Assembly: GCA_051362555.1 (NCBI GenBank)
Contig: CM120645.1
Location: 15,252,001 to 15,316,000 of the forward strand
Direction of reading: 5' to 3'
From: Lingula anatina
Lineage: Eukaryota > Animalia > Brachiopoda
DNA: 64,000 nucleotides
Shown here: piece by piece, positions 24,157 through 37,314 of the stretch
Position numbering within the stretch: the stretch's first letter is position 1
How the letters are laid out: each line of letters begins with the position of its first letter
The notes under the pieces: generated by a model
The model's database searches: none
Told to the model about the DNA's origin: nothing
The model's input: only the letters and a program-made list of their open reading frames with translations
Position numbers and translations under genes: made by a program

Positions 24157-26804
24157 AATTCTCTAAAAGGCAATACCCTATATATGTTTCCGCTACTTGC
24201 TTCTTATTATAAGCCAATGGAAGTGGAACTATTGAATTTTGCTTATGGCTGCGTAGAAAAGAAATCTTTAGCTTGTATAAATGGACAACATCGTAATTTT
24301 CAACGGTTTTATATAAGGTACTAGTGTATCTGGTGATGAGGGGAAAATTGCAGAAACATAAAAGAAATAATATAAGCATTATATACAGTAGATCTAACGG
24401 CGATCGCATCAACAAGATATAAATTATCTATAGAACGGCACTGAGTCGGATGTGTAACGCGTTATTTAAATAAATAAATATAATTATTAAAGTTTGCGTG
24501 CTTGCATTGATTTCTAAAGGAAAGTGACCAAAAGTCCTACAAGGTCCTTCTGGACATATGTCATAAATAGGACTCCTACAGGAAATTTTTGTAAGGTCGA
24601 ATAAAATCTGTACATGCAATCGAAAATATATATTATCGCAAACATGTTCACATTCAGTTTAATGGGTTAGGCTGTGTTCAGAATAGAAGTTATCGTACTT
24701 ACCAAGATCGATCTATCTCAACAGTGATTCTCACTAAGGCGAAGTCAATGTAATCAACTTAATTGTATGGTATTATTATCACAAACATGTTCCAACTTTT
24801 TTACTGGGTTGTATTGTAGAATTAAGTTGTGTCAACAACAGAAAAATATTATAGTATTTACTAACAGTAAATAATCACTTAACACCATTTCATTTACAGG
24901 CGCTGAAAACATTTAAAGTGAATGGATGGCATGTATGTGGTACATGTAAACGTATCTTGCTCAAAAAGTGTGAGTGAAAGTTGTTTTCAAGACATCAATG
25001 CAGTCTTATTCCACATGTTGAAAGTTTGCGGATATTTATATCAGTATCAGGAAGCAACCAACTATTCGACACCTCTTCATTTATTTTGTAAAGATATAAT
25101 AATAACTGTCTAATATTATACATACAAATGGCTTATCAAACATAGCCAGCATGTATTCAGTTCTTTATTATTCATTTTGCGGAGGCTGTTGAATAGATAA
25201 CTGTTTCAAGTTTTGGATGCCAACTCCGGTTTTTAGCTAAACCTTGACAAACACAGCCCCCATTTAAGGAATATATTATGGTATTTTTTTTAGCTATTTC
25301 AATAAGCCAGTAATATTTTTACTTACCATAGAAAAGGAATTAATTTTGGCGTTTCCTTCAGTCTACAGCACTGGTAAATGAAAAGAAATGTGAGTAATAA
25401 ACTACACCATGATAGCACCACGCCAGTGACGTAACGTTGGGCCTCTTCATTTATTTTGTAAAGATATAGTAATAACTGCCAAATATCATACATACAAATG
25501 GCTTATTAAACAAAACCACCATGTTCTTTATTATTCATTTTGTGGAGGCTGATGAATGGATAGCTGTTTCAAATGTGCGTAATAAACTACACCAGATAGC
25601 ACCACGCCAGTGACGTACAACGTTGGGCCGACGTGGGTAAACAGTAGGAATTTGGCGTTAGCCCACCTACTGGCGACATCGACCGTGTCGACAATTGACC
25701 GCTGCCTGCCTTCAAAGTCATTCTGTTACACAGCAGTGCGAATACTCTAGGTTTTGCGTGTCGCTTTTAAATATCGTCTGCTTTCTTAGACGACCTTTCG
25801 GCACATACACCTTCATTATTATAGCTAAAAATTACCCCATGTCACGAGGATTCTCGCACATTTTTCGTCTCCAATGACGTCACGCAGTGCCAACAGCCTC
25901 GTTCTAGGCTGGTCCTTTAGGAAGAAACTAAAATCATGTAAAAGCACATGTGGTGGCCAAGCGTTGGTTGCCAATAGAATTGCTCGACGAGTTAATTTTT
26001 AGTAATACCCCGGATTATTCACACTAACTCCACAAGATCTTGCCGGTGGAAACCGGGGATTTCTTTGAATGTGCACATACCGTTAATCGTGGCGAAGTTG
26101 ACGGCTACATCAAAATATATGCTCATAACTGTAATTATTTTTTATTTCATTTACAAATTTGATAGTTACCGCAATGGCAATTAAGCACTGTGTTTATGAC
26201 ACAAACAAAAGAGAATCTAGGCATATGGCAGGTGTTATTTTATGTAATTTCCAAGCAAAATACAAATCTGGAGAAATGCAAAAACTTTTCTCCTTTATGT
26301 TAATAGACTTGTTTGCACGCTTTACACATCTGAATGTACCCAAGACAACCATGCTTTAGCTACCAATTTTGTATTTTTCCTTCCTCCTTGGCCTCCCCAT
26401 TTCCGAATAGTTGATAGAGACGGAGATCAGTTTGAATGTCTTAAGTCCAGTTCCGTTTAAGACATTGAAATAATTTCAAAGTTAAAAGTTGTCAATGATT
26501 CAGAGTGTGGTGGTACAACCCGTATCGTACAATTATGTGAACAATTGTTCCTTCAGGGTTTACCTTTTCGAAAATGCTACATTTCCTCTTTCAAAAATTC
26601 TACACAAATGCTCCACTTTGCTAACAGTGTAATCATTAATATTTGTTTGTTGCTTGATCAAATAAAAAGCCGGTGTTTTGGTATTTAGATCTCTATCTAC
26701 ACTGCTATTCCATGCTTGTAGGACAAATTTGTTTAAATAATGGATGTTGGTGGTTTATATGCCTTAGTTTACGTAATGCATTATTCATCTATATTTGTGC
26801 AGAT

Positions 26805-28207
26805 ATGGAGATATACTGTAATCGTCTTGGGTGCAGCAGAAGGAAAATGCGACAAAGAGTACGTTCAATTGGCTTCTTTTGCCTTCCATTAACGATATTT
26901 ATACTTGCCTTCAATCTGCTTCACCGCCAAAAAGACGACAAACATGTTCGTTATGTCGTCAAATTAAGGACTGCTGTCAAGAACAATACCAACAATCAAA
27001 CGGATGTGCTCACTGTGAAACCCAGGAAAGTTAAAAAAACTCTCAAACTCAAAAACACAGGCAAGTCCGCCATGCCTTCAGTGCTAGTTATACGTTCTGA
27101 AAATGTTAGATTAGTACTGGAATACTTAAAATGGAAACGCGAGAATAGTAGGACTTTACCTGAAGAAGATTTCAGGGCAACAAATGAAACAAAAATAATC
27201 CTTGTATGGTTTGACCATCGCTACAGAAGCGACAGCTTTCTTCGTGGTGAACTTACGAATATGAAAAATTGCGGCTTTAAAAACTGCATATTGTCTAAGG
27301 ACTGGAGACTTGCCAATGTAAGTGACGTCATCGTTTTTAATGCACCCCCACTTTTTAAACTGCTTCAGTTCTCGGGCATCGCAAAAACCTTTTGGGATGC
27401 GCTTCCAACTCGACAACGACCTCTGAGTCAGAGGTGGTTGTTTTTTACGTGGGAATCGCCATGCGTTGCGGCCTCGCCTAAGAGCAGAGACGCTCAAAAA
27501 TTTGCTAGTATGTTTAATTGGACCATGACTTACCGGTTAGATTCCGATATGTTTTCGCCGTATGGAAAAGTAGTGAAACGTTCATTGCCAATTTCATTTG
27601 GAAATCTCCAAACTGAGGTCCTAAAGAAAACCAAGTTAGTTGCATGGCTGGTCAGTAATTGTAAAGCTAACAGCAAGCGGGACCAATATGTAAAAGAACT
27701 AAACAAACCATTCCAGTTGATATATTCGGGGAATGCGGAGACCCTTGTCCATCAGACTGTTTTCGTTATATTGGGGATAACTACAAATTCTATCTGGCCT
27801 TTGAAAACAGTATTTCCAGGGACTACGTGACAGAGAAACTTTTTAGAACTCTACGGGACTGGGACATTGTTCCTATAACAAGGGGAGGAGCTAATTACTC
27901 CTTGCTTGGTATTTTACCAGAAATGCATATCAATACGGGTGACTTTCCCACCCCTAAAGCCTTGGCTGAGTATCTCTATTATCTGGATAAACATGCTAAC
28001 ATATACATGCAGTTCTTGCAATGGAAGAGGCATTTTGAGATTGAACGTCCAACATCGAGGGTAGATTACTGCAAGATTTGTGAAATGCTAAACAACCCAT
28101 TGACTGGGAATAAAACATACACAGTTCAAGAACTGGTAAAATGGTATTGGGGAACACAGTCCACTCTGGGGCGTTTCTCTGAATGCAAATATCCTCAAGA
28201 TATTTAG
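26805..28207 (+). pseudogene. Alpha-1,3-fucosyltransferase (GT10) copy 2 with a 1-nt frameshift
   Basis: Paralog of 22780-24156; AAA CC ATT CCA at ~27708 versus AAA CAT ATT CCA in copy 1; the downstream frame keeps YKFYLAFENS...DYVTEK through to the stop at 28207. Confidence 0.8.
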
Positions 28208-28576
28208 AATTCTTAAGAAGGCAATACCCTATATACGTCTCCACTGCTTGTTTGCCTTTTTAATTTTGAAAGTTTCTACTTTTAAGGAAATGGAGGTGGA
28301 AATTGTGAATTTTGTTTGTTGCAACAAAGAACAGAAATTAAGTTAGGGTGTGAAAATAGTTTACAGCGGACTTTCCTCAACGATTTGATATGAGGTACTA
28401 GTAACCTAGGTGACGAAGGGGGTGGGGGTGATTGCAGAAATATCAAAGAAATAATATATTAGCTACAACGGTTTCATTTTCTTTCTTTTTTTTTTTTTTT
28501 GCAAAATATGAATTATCTGTAGATGTCATATGTTAACAGCACTGAGACGTATGTGTCGCGCGTTTTAAAAAAGTAA

Positions 28577-28607
<31 letters not shown>

Positions 28608-28801
28608 GAAGAAAAACGTTTCACAACAGAATCTATATATGAGAAAGCTCATGTGCTTGCACTTTTTTGTTTTTTTTTCTGTTGGACACATGTTTCAACA
28701 GAACTATGACAGGACATTTTTATAAGGACCAATAAAACATGTACATGTAATCGAAAATATTTATTATCACAAACATGTTCACATTCATTTTCACTGGTTG
28801 A

Positions 28802-29040
28802 GGCTGTGCTCAGAATAGAAGTTGTCGCACTGGCAGGATCGATCTATCTAAGCGGGGATTCTCACCAAGGCGAGGTCAACGTCAACAGCTGAATTGCCTG
28901 GCATGCCCCCTCGCAAAGCAGCATGAACAACATCATGGACCACAGAGTTTTCCCCGACTTTACCCAAGTACGTAAAGGCTGAACACCCACTGAGATAGAA
29001 CGATCCTGCTAGCGCAATTAATTCTATTCTGAACAGAACC
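28802..29040. mobile_element. PIF/Harbinger-type MITE (truncated paralog at ~24670-24770)
   Basis: TIRs GGCTGTGCTCAGAATAGAA / TTCTATTCTGAACAGAACC, TGA/TAA flanks, GATCGATCTA subterminal motif. Confidence 0.7.
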
Positions 29041-29571
29041 TAAATTAAGGACTGAAGTTGTGACAACAACAGACACATATTTCAGTAGTTACTTAAACCT
29101 AATCATCAATAAAGACTATTTCATTAACAGGCACTGAAAACAGTTAGTATGGAAGGATGGCAACTACGATACATGTATGTTGCTTAAGCAATGTATGTGA
29201 AACCTGTCCTCAAGATATAAATGCAGGCTTATTACGTGTTGAAAGTTTACGGATATTTAAATCAGCATCAAATATTCAAATGTAGCAACCAACTTTTCAA
29301 TACTTCATTTATTTTGCAAAGATATAACAACAATCAAATATCATACATACCAAGGTATATCAAACAAAACCAGCATACATTTAGTTCTTCATTATTCATT
29401 TAGAAAAAAGAAAATGTGGGGAAAATGTGTTGAATAGATAACTCTTCAATCATTGGATGTCAACTTCGATTTTTACTTAAACCTTGACAAACACAGCCTC
29501 CAGTCAAGGAATAAATCATGGCATTTTTTTAGTGTTTTGCATTATTTTAGGTAGCCCCTGCAATCTTTTAA

Positions 29572-32500
29572 TTACCACAGAAAAGGAATTAATTTTGGTG
29601 TTTCCTTCAAGTATTTAAGATACTGCGGATCCTCTCCCCAACGACGCATACCAGATTTTTCCAGCAGAGGAATCCCGCTGACCTTGGTCAGTAGGAGAGC
29701 GGTCAGCACGGGAGAGATGACACTGGCCCGTTCCCAGCCACTGAGATAACTTGATGCTGACACATATAGCCCTGACCACAGAAGTATCTCACCCAAGTAG
29801 TTGGGGTGGCGGACGATGGACCACAGCCCTGAGGTGATAAACTTGCCCTGTGCACAGAGAAAAAAGATTAAATGGAACCCATAACCAGTTTCAAACAAAC
29901 AAACAAAATAAAAAATCTTAAGTTACCTGGCTTAGTTGACTAGGATTTCCATGAGAGTGCTGTTATACTGTTCCTGATAGGGTAAGATGTGTCCATGTGA
30001 TCTTGGTAATTGAGTTCTTAGCCAGGGAACATGACTTACGTTTTTTTGTGAAACCGGGGCCAGATGCCAGAGCATATAAGGGACCATTCAGATCAAGAAG
30101 AGCTGAGTGCTAGTAAGGCTGCAACCTAAATATGGCAGCCCTATATTAAAGGAAGACCGCTAATTCTGTTATGGTCTCTCTGCCTCTCACACGCCTCTCC
30201 AAGCATTGTTCCTCGACTGGTTGAATTGAGCTGAGATTTAATTACTGGGCCTCTGCAGGTCGTGGCCTTACTAGCACTCACCTCTTCTCATTCTGAATGG
30301 TCCCTAAGTCTGGATGATTCTTTGCACTATGCTGTTATTCCTGAAGCTTCATTAAAATACTAGGTACATTTGCATAACATTTGAATAATCATCTACCTAC
30401 GTTTTTTATAATTTATCACTAAAATGGTGTTAGATTTCATTTCTAAAAAAAATTAAAAGAATCAACCTTATATGTCTACTGAACAATAAAATAATAATAA
30501 GATCTGCTATGCTCATACCATGAAATTGTAGCAGTAGTACCTGATTTTCTGGGTTGTTATGGAATCTGGTCTTTTGGTGGTCAGCCAAAGCCTCTAAGAG
30601 GAAACCAATGACCCAAAGTGACCAGCCAGTGTACTCTTTGATGGTTAAGGGCTGGTCCCCTGTCTTGCTGTTTAGAATCAGTGTAGGTAGTAGGATGGCC
30701 ATGAGCCATATACCTTGAAAGAATACCAAATTAGATGATTTTATTCTAGAAAATATTTTCCTTTTATTGTTTAGTCATTATATTTAACCCACAATTTGAA
30801 GTATGAATATCACAAATATTTTTACTGAGGAAGACTATCCATCTAGTTAAGTAAATAATTCTTCCAAGAGCGCATTCCCAGAGATTTAGATCAATCCAAC
30901 TAGACTGACCTAACTCCCTGGGGGTTCACACTAAATTGCTGTCAGCCGACCGTGCATGGAAGTTAATTACCCCCTTACAGTTTTTAGTAGGCGGGACAGA
31001 CATTTAAGCTGGCTAAGCTGACAGAAATCTAGTGAGAATCCCCACGGGGATAGATCGATCTAAAATCTGTGGGAATGGGGTCTAAGATGTTAAAATTCTA
31101 CATATGCAGAGACCTATAATCAAGGGGTGTTCACTAAATCTTTTTGGATGGAAAGATTAGGTCTGATTCAAAATTTGTTCTAGGGTCTTTACTCTTTCTC
31201 AAGTTGGGTCAATTTAGGCATCAAAAAAGTCCAATTTTTTTCAGAAGAAAAATACCCCTCTTGAAATAACTGAGTAAGGCCAGTATACAGTATTCAGTAT
31301 ACAAATGCACTTGGCACCAAACTTTACCTTTATATCTTTGCCAAAATTTAAAAATAAAATTGTATTAACAAATTGAAAGAATATCTAATTATTTTGCCCC
31401 TTTGTTATCGATCATTTATGACAAAAGAAGATGGATTTTTTTTAAATCTGCCCTTAAGTTTGCTTTGAAATGTACTGATGTTGACTTATATGTTTGGTTT
31501 GAATTACATGTATCAATTGCATGTATAGACTAAAACAGCAGTTTGTTTTAATTGCATGTATAGACTAAAATGTATAGACTATTTCTAAAAAAAAATTGAT
31601 CACTTGTAATAATACCTTGTATGGTCCAATAAACAAAGAACCGAAGAGGATGGTCTCTTACATTGTTAAATCTGCGATCCTTACCAGCTTTAAGAACTCT
31701 GGTAAATAAGAAAAGGCCTAATCTGAAATGAAACAAAATTCACAGTAAACAACCACTAAATACTGAGATAAGAAGACAATTATTAGCCAATGAAAAGTAA
31801 ATTAAAGATGTAGGGGTAAGACAACTAATTTTCATGCAAATTAAGCACACTCAGGCTAAAATAAGAGAGTGAAATACCTTCAAAAAGTCTCTCCCCTTCT
31901 ACATACCAGTATTAAGGTGCCAAAAGACATATACAACTACCTCTTTCACTACAGAATATTAAGAATAACAACATTCTTTACAAAAGCAGGAGATTAATTT
32001 TTTTCACCAGATATTTCTAATGCTGTGCATGCTTCGGTACAGAAGAGTCCAGTAGGAATTTTTGCACAGAATTGATGTCATCACACAGTTGACTTCTGGT
32101 AGAGAGTAAACAATTGCCGCATTCGCAACAAAAGTTGATCCGCAGAATAACAGATCTGCCGGTCAAACATGGCTGACCCACTTGAAAGCTTACCACATAA
32201 TCCCTGCAGAGAAATTATTCAGCATCTTAAAGGGAAGTATGTGGCAAGCTTTCAAGTGAGTTGGCCATAAACCCGCAGATCTATTACTCCATGGATCAAG
32301 TAGTTCTGTATGGGCCCAATAACCACGTGGCAATAATACTAAATACATGTAGTACAGGTATGTAATATTAATACCTTAGAAGCACACAACAAACATTAAA
32401 TCTGTACCAAAAAAGCACAATTACCAGTACCTGAGACCCCATGCTATCACCATTCCACTCTGAATTTTCTGACGCAAAATCTTTTCTTGATTCCAATGCA

Positions 32501-33904
32501 ATGAAAGAGCAGTAAGTAATACAGCAGTGCCAGAACCTGAGAAGACAGGAAAAAGGGGATTGCAACAAAAACCTTGCACAGAAAATGGGTAATGGGTAAT
32601 CCTGTAATGGTCTCTCCACCTCTCACACACCTTCCCACACGTCGAATCTTGACCAGTTGAATTAGGCCTAGGTATAATTATTCTGCCCCTGCAGGGATGA
32701 CACGTGGGGAGGCGTGTGAGAGGCGGAGAGACCATTACAGGATTAGCGGTGTTCCTTTCATGTAGGTCCGCCATATTTAGGTAGCAGCCTTACTAGCACT
32801 CGGCTCTTCTCAATCTGAATGGCCCCTATGTCTCTTGTAAATGATAATTAAGCTGAATGAAATATGTCAATGATTCAAACTAAAAATAAATAGTACAAAT
32901 AAATGGATAGTAACTATTTGGCACAGAAAAAACAAAGAATTTTACTTAAGCTGAAAAAAAAGGATATATATAAAGAAATTCTTACAGCATTTCAGCAAAC
33001 TGTTCAGAGGCAAGTATGCATAATTAATTCACAGACAAGCATGTGTTTCTTTTGTATAAGTAACATTTAAAGTGAGCGTGGATTCCTGGTCTTGCACTTA
33101 AACCAGAAAATACTGTTCAAATATCATTTTCATGGTAATTCTCTAAGACCCCGTTCCCTAGATCAATCAAAGGGATCAACCCATCTCCAAATGGTTTCTT
33201 GCTAAAATGCTCTCAGCTTAAGAGGCTCTGATGTCTGGCACGTTAGCTGAAGCTGTTAGGAGGTAATGAACTATCGTTTGGCAGCTTCAGTAGGCATGAG
33301 AGACATCTAAGCCGCTTAAGCTGAATGCAATTTGGCGAAAATCCCCCTTGGAGATGGGTCAATCCTGCTAGATCAGAATAGGTATGGGAATGGGGTCTAA
33401 GTTACACTATGTTAAACTGCATAGTGGCATTTTGTTGAGTTTTGTGGCATTAGTTTAACTTCAAGTGCATCTTTAAATTGATGTGTACACATACATATCC
33501 CGATACAGTAGATGACTATATAAATTATACAGATATGAATAAATGAAAAATTCATTAATCAAATGTTTTGACAGTTTTGGGTAGTATTAAAGGAATACAT
33601 GTAAATACAGAGACAAGTTGTGAGTATTTTTCTACACCTTTTTACATGGACATGAACAAGTACATGCCTTGTACAGCTACTATCTAGTACAGTGTGTATG
33701 AAGTGTACTAGTAATTCGTCTTCAAGTGTCCAGGGGCTGAAAATTAGTACACTGATACACAAATTGTTTTGTGAGGTCCAGTTGTGGATGACAGATACCT
33801 GCAAGATCATAAAACTTTTCCGTCTTCAACAGGGAGGCGACAATCCAGCAAGACCATTGAATTCCGAAGTCGATAGCCGCACTTTTACCCAGTGTGTTCC
33901 CCAT
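29572..33904 (-). CDS. DUF1295 (steroid 5-alpha-reductase C-terminal-like) membrane protein, 5 exons, 255 aa
   Basis: Exons 33904-33799, 32536-32431, 31722-31616, 30713-30541, 29847-29572; GT-AG and in phase (768 nt). Motifs TEKFYDLAGS, WGLRLGLFLF.R, KDRRF, EALADHQK, GLWSIVRHPNYLGE, SGIPLLEK. Confidence 0.92.
30080..30304. mobile_element. PIF/Harbinger MITE (partial inverted copy at ~32640-32826)
   Basis: TIRs GGGACCATTCAGA...TCTGAATGGTCCC with TAA duplicated on both sides. Confidence 0.85.
30868..31082. mobile_element. PIF/Harbinger MITE
   Basis: Ends GGGAATGGGGTC+TAA; interior aligns with 7614-7827. Confidence 0.75.
32133..32301. repeat. Imperfect foldback, probable MITE core
   Basis: CACTTGAAAGCTTACCACATA / TATGTGGCAAGCTTTCAAGTG plus outer TTGATCC...CAGATCTGC / GCAGATCT...GGATCAA arms. 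Confidence 0.65.
33147..33397. mobile_element. PIF/Harbinger MITE (related copies ~42849-43095 and ~51125-51242)
   Basis: TIRs GACCCCGTTCCC / GGGAATGGGGTC with TAA on both sides. Confidence 0.8.
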
Positions 33905-34023
33905 CTTGACCTCAGCCTACCTGCCTGTCTCAATTTAAGGGGAACAATGTGACATAGTTACGTTATCGTCGGGAACCTGTTTATCACAGCGTATGAAGCA
34001 GAAGTGAGTTTACCAACATTCAG

Positions 34024-34044
34024 AGGTCAAGGACAACCGGAAGT
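34024..34044. promoter_or_regulatory. Nuclear-receptor-like DR0 (AGGTCA AGGACA) and ETS site (CCGGAAGT) upstream of the DUF1295 gene
   Basis: Motif matches 120-140 bp upstream of the ATG at 33904; function not shown. Confidence 0.35.
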
Positions 34045-34232
34045 TGAAGTTACTGATATTAAAATTGCGTTAGTGGACAACTTATGACTTCTATGATGAG
34101 AAACAGTGATTTAGATTTAATTATAAATACAAAATTTGCATAATGATTCCAATCATTATTATAAATATTTGCAAAAAGGAAAGGAATTAATCTACTTTAT
34201 AGTCTTTATTTCTCGTACTAGATGTCAAGTAC

Positions 34233-34304
34233 GACTCCGTGGCGCAACGGTAGCGCGTCTGACTCCAGATCAGAAGGTTGCGTGTTCAAATCACGTCGGG
34301 GTCA
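34233..34304 (+). tRNA. trnW-CCA: tRNA-Trp (CCA)
   Basis: 72-nt cloverleaf GACTCCG...CGGGGTCA; anticodon arm TCTGA-CTCCAGA-TCAGA; T-loop GTTCAAATC; T5 Pol III terminator 10 nt downstream. Confidence 0.98.
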
Positions 34305-35495
34305 ATGCTAACCTTTTTCTTTCTCATTACACTTTTTTCGGACATTTCAGTTAGACGTAACCTCATTATAGTAGAAACATACAGCAAACGCAGAATGACT
34401 CACAATATTTATAAATTTTTATTATTTTAAAGTCAATGCAACATGTATATATATGCATTTCTAAACAAAAATGCCCTATTTCACCCAAGACCATATAATA
34501 AATTAAGACAAATAGGAATAGGCAGAAGTGGATGATGGGGGTGGGAGGTAGGGGAAAAATGTGTAAAATCTCATGGGGCATCCCCATACCCCACTATACC
34601 AAATCAACTTTAAATCAGTGCATTTTTTTTTTTTGAAGTGCATGAAATGAAAAGAACTGGTTGGCCTCAATGTGCAATTGTTCTGTATGCATTGTGCATG
34701 TACATGTATGTGTACATTTTTACCATTTTCCAACCTTTTTTTGAAAGGATGAAATCTAATCTGCCATATTTGTCAAAAAAGAGAGAGGAACACAGCCCGT
34801 GTCCTCCACCCAGGATCTAACTAGTTTAACCCATAACTTGTGTAGTAATAACACATTTTAACAAGTACTCAGCTGCCAAAGGGAAAAAGTTTTTAATGTA
34901 ATTGAAAAAAATAAAAGGAATTGCCAAAAGTATAACACAGAAAGAAATCATTTAAAGAGGCATGAAAATCAAAATTGATGCTCATAATTGACAGTCATCT
35001 ATAGAACTTTGATTCTGTAGCATACTTTTCAAAGAAAAAAAATCATATTATGTCTAGTTCCAGATTAACATCAATGTTCATTAGGATGTCAGTATTGAAA
35101 CTTTGTTCTCATATATTTATCTTAAAGTGAACAAGTACATTAGTACCATGCAGTAGCATTTCCCTGTGTTTACCTTCTGTATTTAAGGCACTAGAAGGGT
35201 AATCCATGAAGGTTTATTTCAATCTGTGGCTAAGCACTTTTCAATCTCTGACTAAGTAATGGACCATCTTTATTACATATTTATTTTTCAATATGTACTG
35301 GAGTATATACATTTTCATAGGTAACTTATCTGCCTTCTCCCTTTCCCATTGGTTTAAAATTGTAATATATCTGATTTATATGAGCCTTAATAAGCCACAG
35401 TATCAAGCCACCTGGTAATTCATAAGAAGAAGGTATTTTGAACCACAAGTCATACTTTAACAACAATAAATATTTTTGAAGTACGTAATGTCGAC

Positions 35496-36058
35496 ACCAG
35501 ACTTCATGCAAAATACCGGTATATATCCTCTATGTAGATCTACATGTAGCTTGCATGATCAGCTGTAACTTAGAAGCACTTGCAGTATTCCCCAGTTTAA
35601 GTAAACACCTACATACTATGGAACATAAGGTTGACACTAATGACAAAATTATATTTTATATTTTGGTCCACACAGATATGTCACAGTAGGCAAACTCATT
35701 TCAAATTTATACTCCAAACTTCATGTTAATCATAAGTGGGAAAAGGTATAATTTCTGGTTATTCATAAGCAGCAGGTAGTTTGAGCTACAAGTCATATTA
35801 TAATATTAATATATAATTTTTTAAGTAAATAATGTTAAATTAAAAACCAGACTTCACACAAAAGAAGTCGTTTGCTTATTTATATATATATATAAATATC
35901 CCTATTTAGAACCAGCTTGCTTGCATATTAATGACAAAATAATGTATAATATTATGGTCCACCTGTTACCACACAATTATAGCACAGTAGGCAAACCCAT
36001 CTCCAATTCTCACTCAAAATATCATGATATGCCAATTAAAAAAGGTATAATTTCTGGA
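35496..36058. repeat. Diverged tandem duplication (~300-350 bp) between tRNA and FAM185A 3' end
   Basis: ACCAGACTTCA, TAATGACAAAAT, CACAGTAGGCAAAC and AAAAGGTATAATTTCTGG each occur twice in the same order. Confidence 0.7.
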
Positions 36059-37314
36059 TCTAGGATCGATTTCAATTGAAACAGTCACACTCACACAAGA
36101 ATAAATAATAGAAATAATTAATCATAAACATTTACCAAGTCCAATATATATTTTCTTGCCAATAAAACCAACAAAATTCTTGGACAGCTTTACCATTTAA
36201 AAATTATCTCAAAATATCAATGATTAGGGGGTGTGCCAAAAATGCGCAATACACTACAATACTGCACACAAAAATATGCGCCATTTGGCATTATTTATCA
36301 TCAGGTCATCTGCCATATTGCCAAAAATAGCCACTTGCTAACATGGCATTCGGCCCAATGATAATCAAGTCATGCCAATATGTTAGGTTTTATCAAAAAT
36401 ATCAATTACCTACCAATTAATTTTTTTATATCGCCCTATTTAGTTGGGAAAGAATGTTTCCTGTGTTAACTTGTGACTGGACTCCTTTTTTTCTAGCGTA
36501 TTGTACCGTGTTTCATTGTATTGCAGTGCATTTCTCATTTCAGGCACACCAACCAGGTCATCTTTCAGATATTTTCTGCCAGCATACATACTAGTATTGT
36601 CTCATACATCTATACATCCTATCCCGATACTCTGTTTTGGAGTGTATCTGAAGTAATTAGACAGATAAAACCTGAGATAACTGTTGTCTATCAAACACAT
36701 TTTTTTTCTGGGATACAGAGTTGAAAAACAAAACAATTAGATATTAAGTGCACACTTGTTACCCACCAGGACCTGATAAAATGGTCTACATGTTTTGGCT
36801 CATGTTATTCAAGATATTTAAATACCCAGAGTACACTCATAAAAAAACCTGCCAGGTTCTGATAGAATGGTCTATATACATCTGCATGCTGTGACTTCTG
36901 CCTTTTTAGATGTGATTTTGGTACAAATATCAAGATGTTCCAGCAGCAAAAAGATTCAATCAGACAGAAAAATCTAGCAGGGGCCGATTCTGGGGCTTCT
37001 AGATAAACGGCTCTGTTTGACACCCCATGTCCATTGCTGCAAAATCTCCATAATTTGGTTTTAATAAATTGGGATTTGTTTTTATAAGAAAGTAGAAAAA
37101 TAAATAAACAAACAATATTTTATACTTAAAACCTTATTCAGGGAAGATTCAAACTACAAGTAATTCCTAAACCCTCTCTGAATTCATCCCTTTCAACTGA
37201 AAACATTATTTCTGGCAATAATAGTTCTAATCTCAAAAGAGTTCCCATCAGAATAAATTCCACACTACTTTCAATGTGATCCTACATTGAGCGAGTGGAT
37301 AATTTTATATGTGT

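Noticed and set aside
25661-25676. CTCF-like motif between the two FUT genes
   Set aside because: Single imperfect short match; not supportable without a PWM scan or ChIP.
32421-32774. 117-aa ORF suggesting MITE exonisation into DUF1295
   Set aside because: A canonical acceptor at 32537 gives an in-phase 106-bp exon; the upstream part is intronic MITE sequence.
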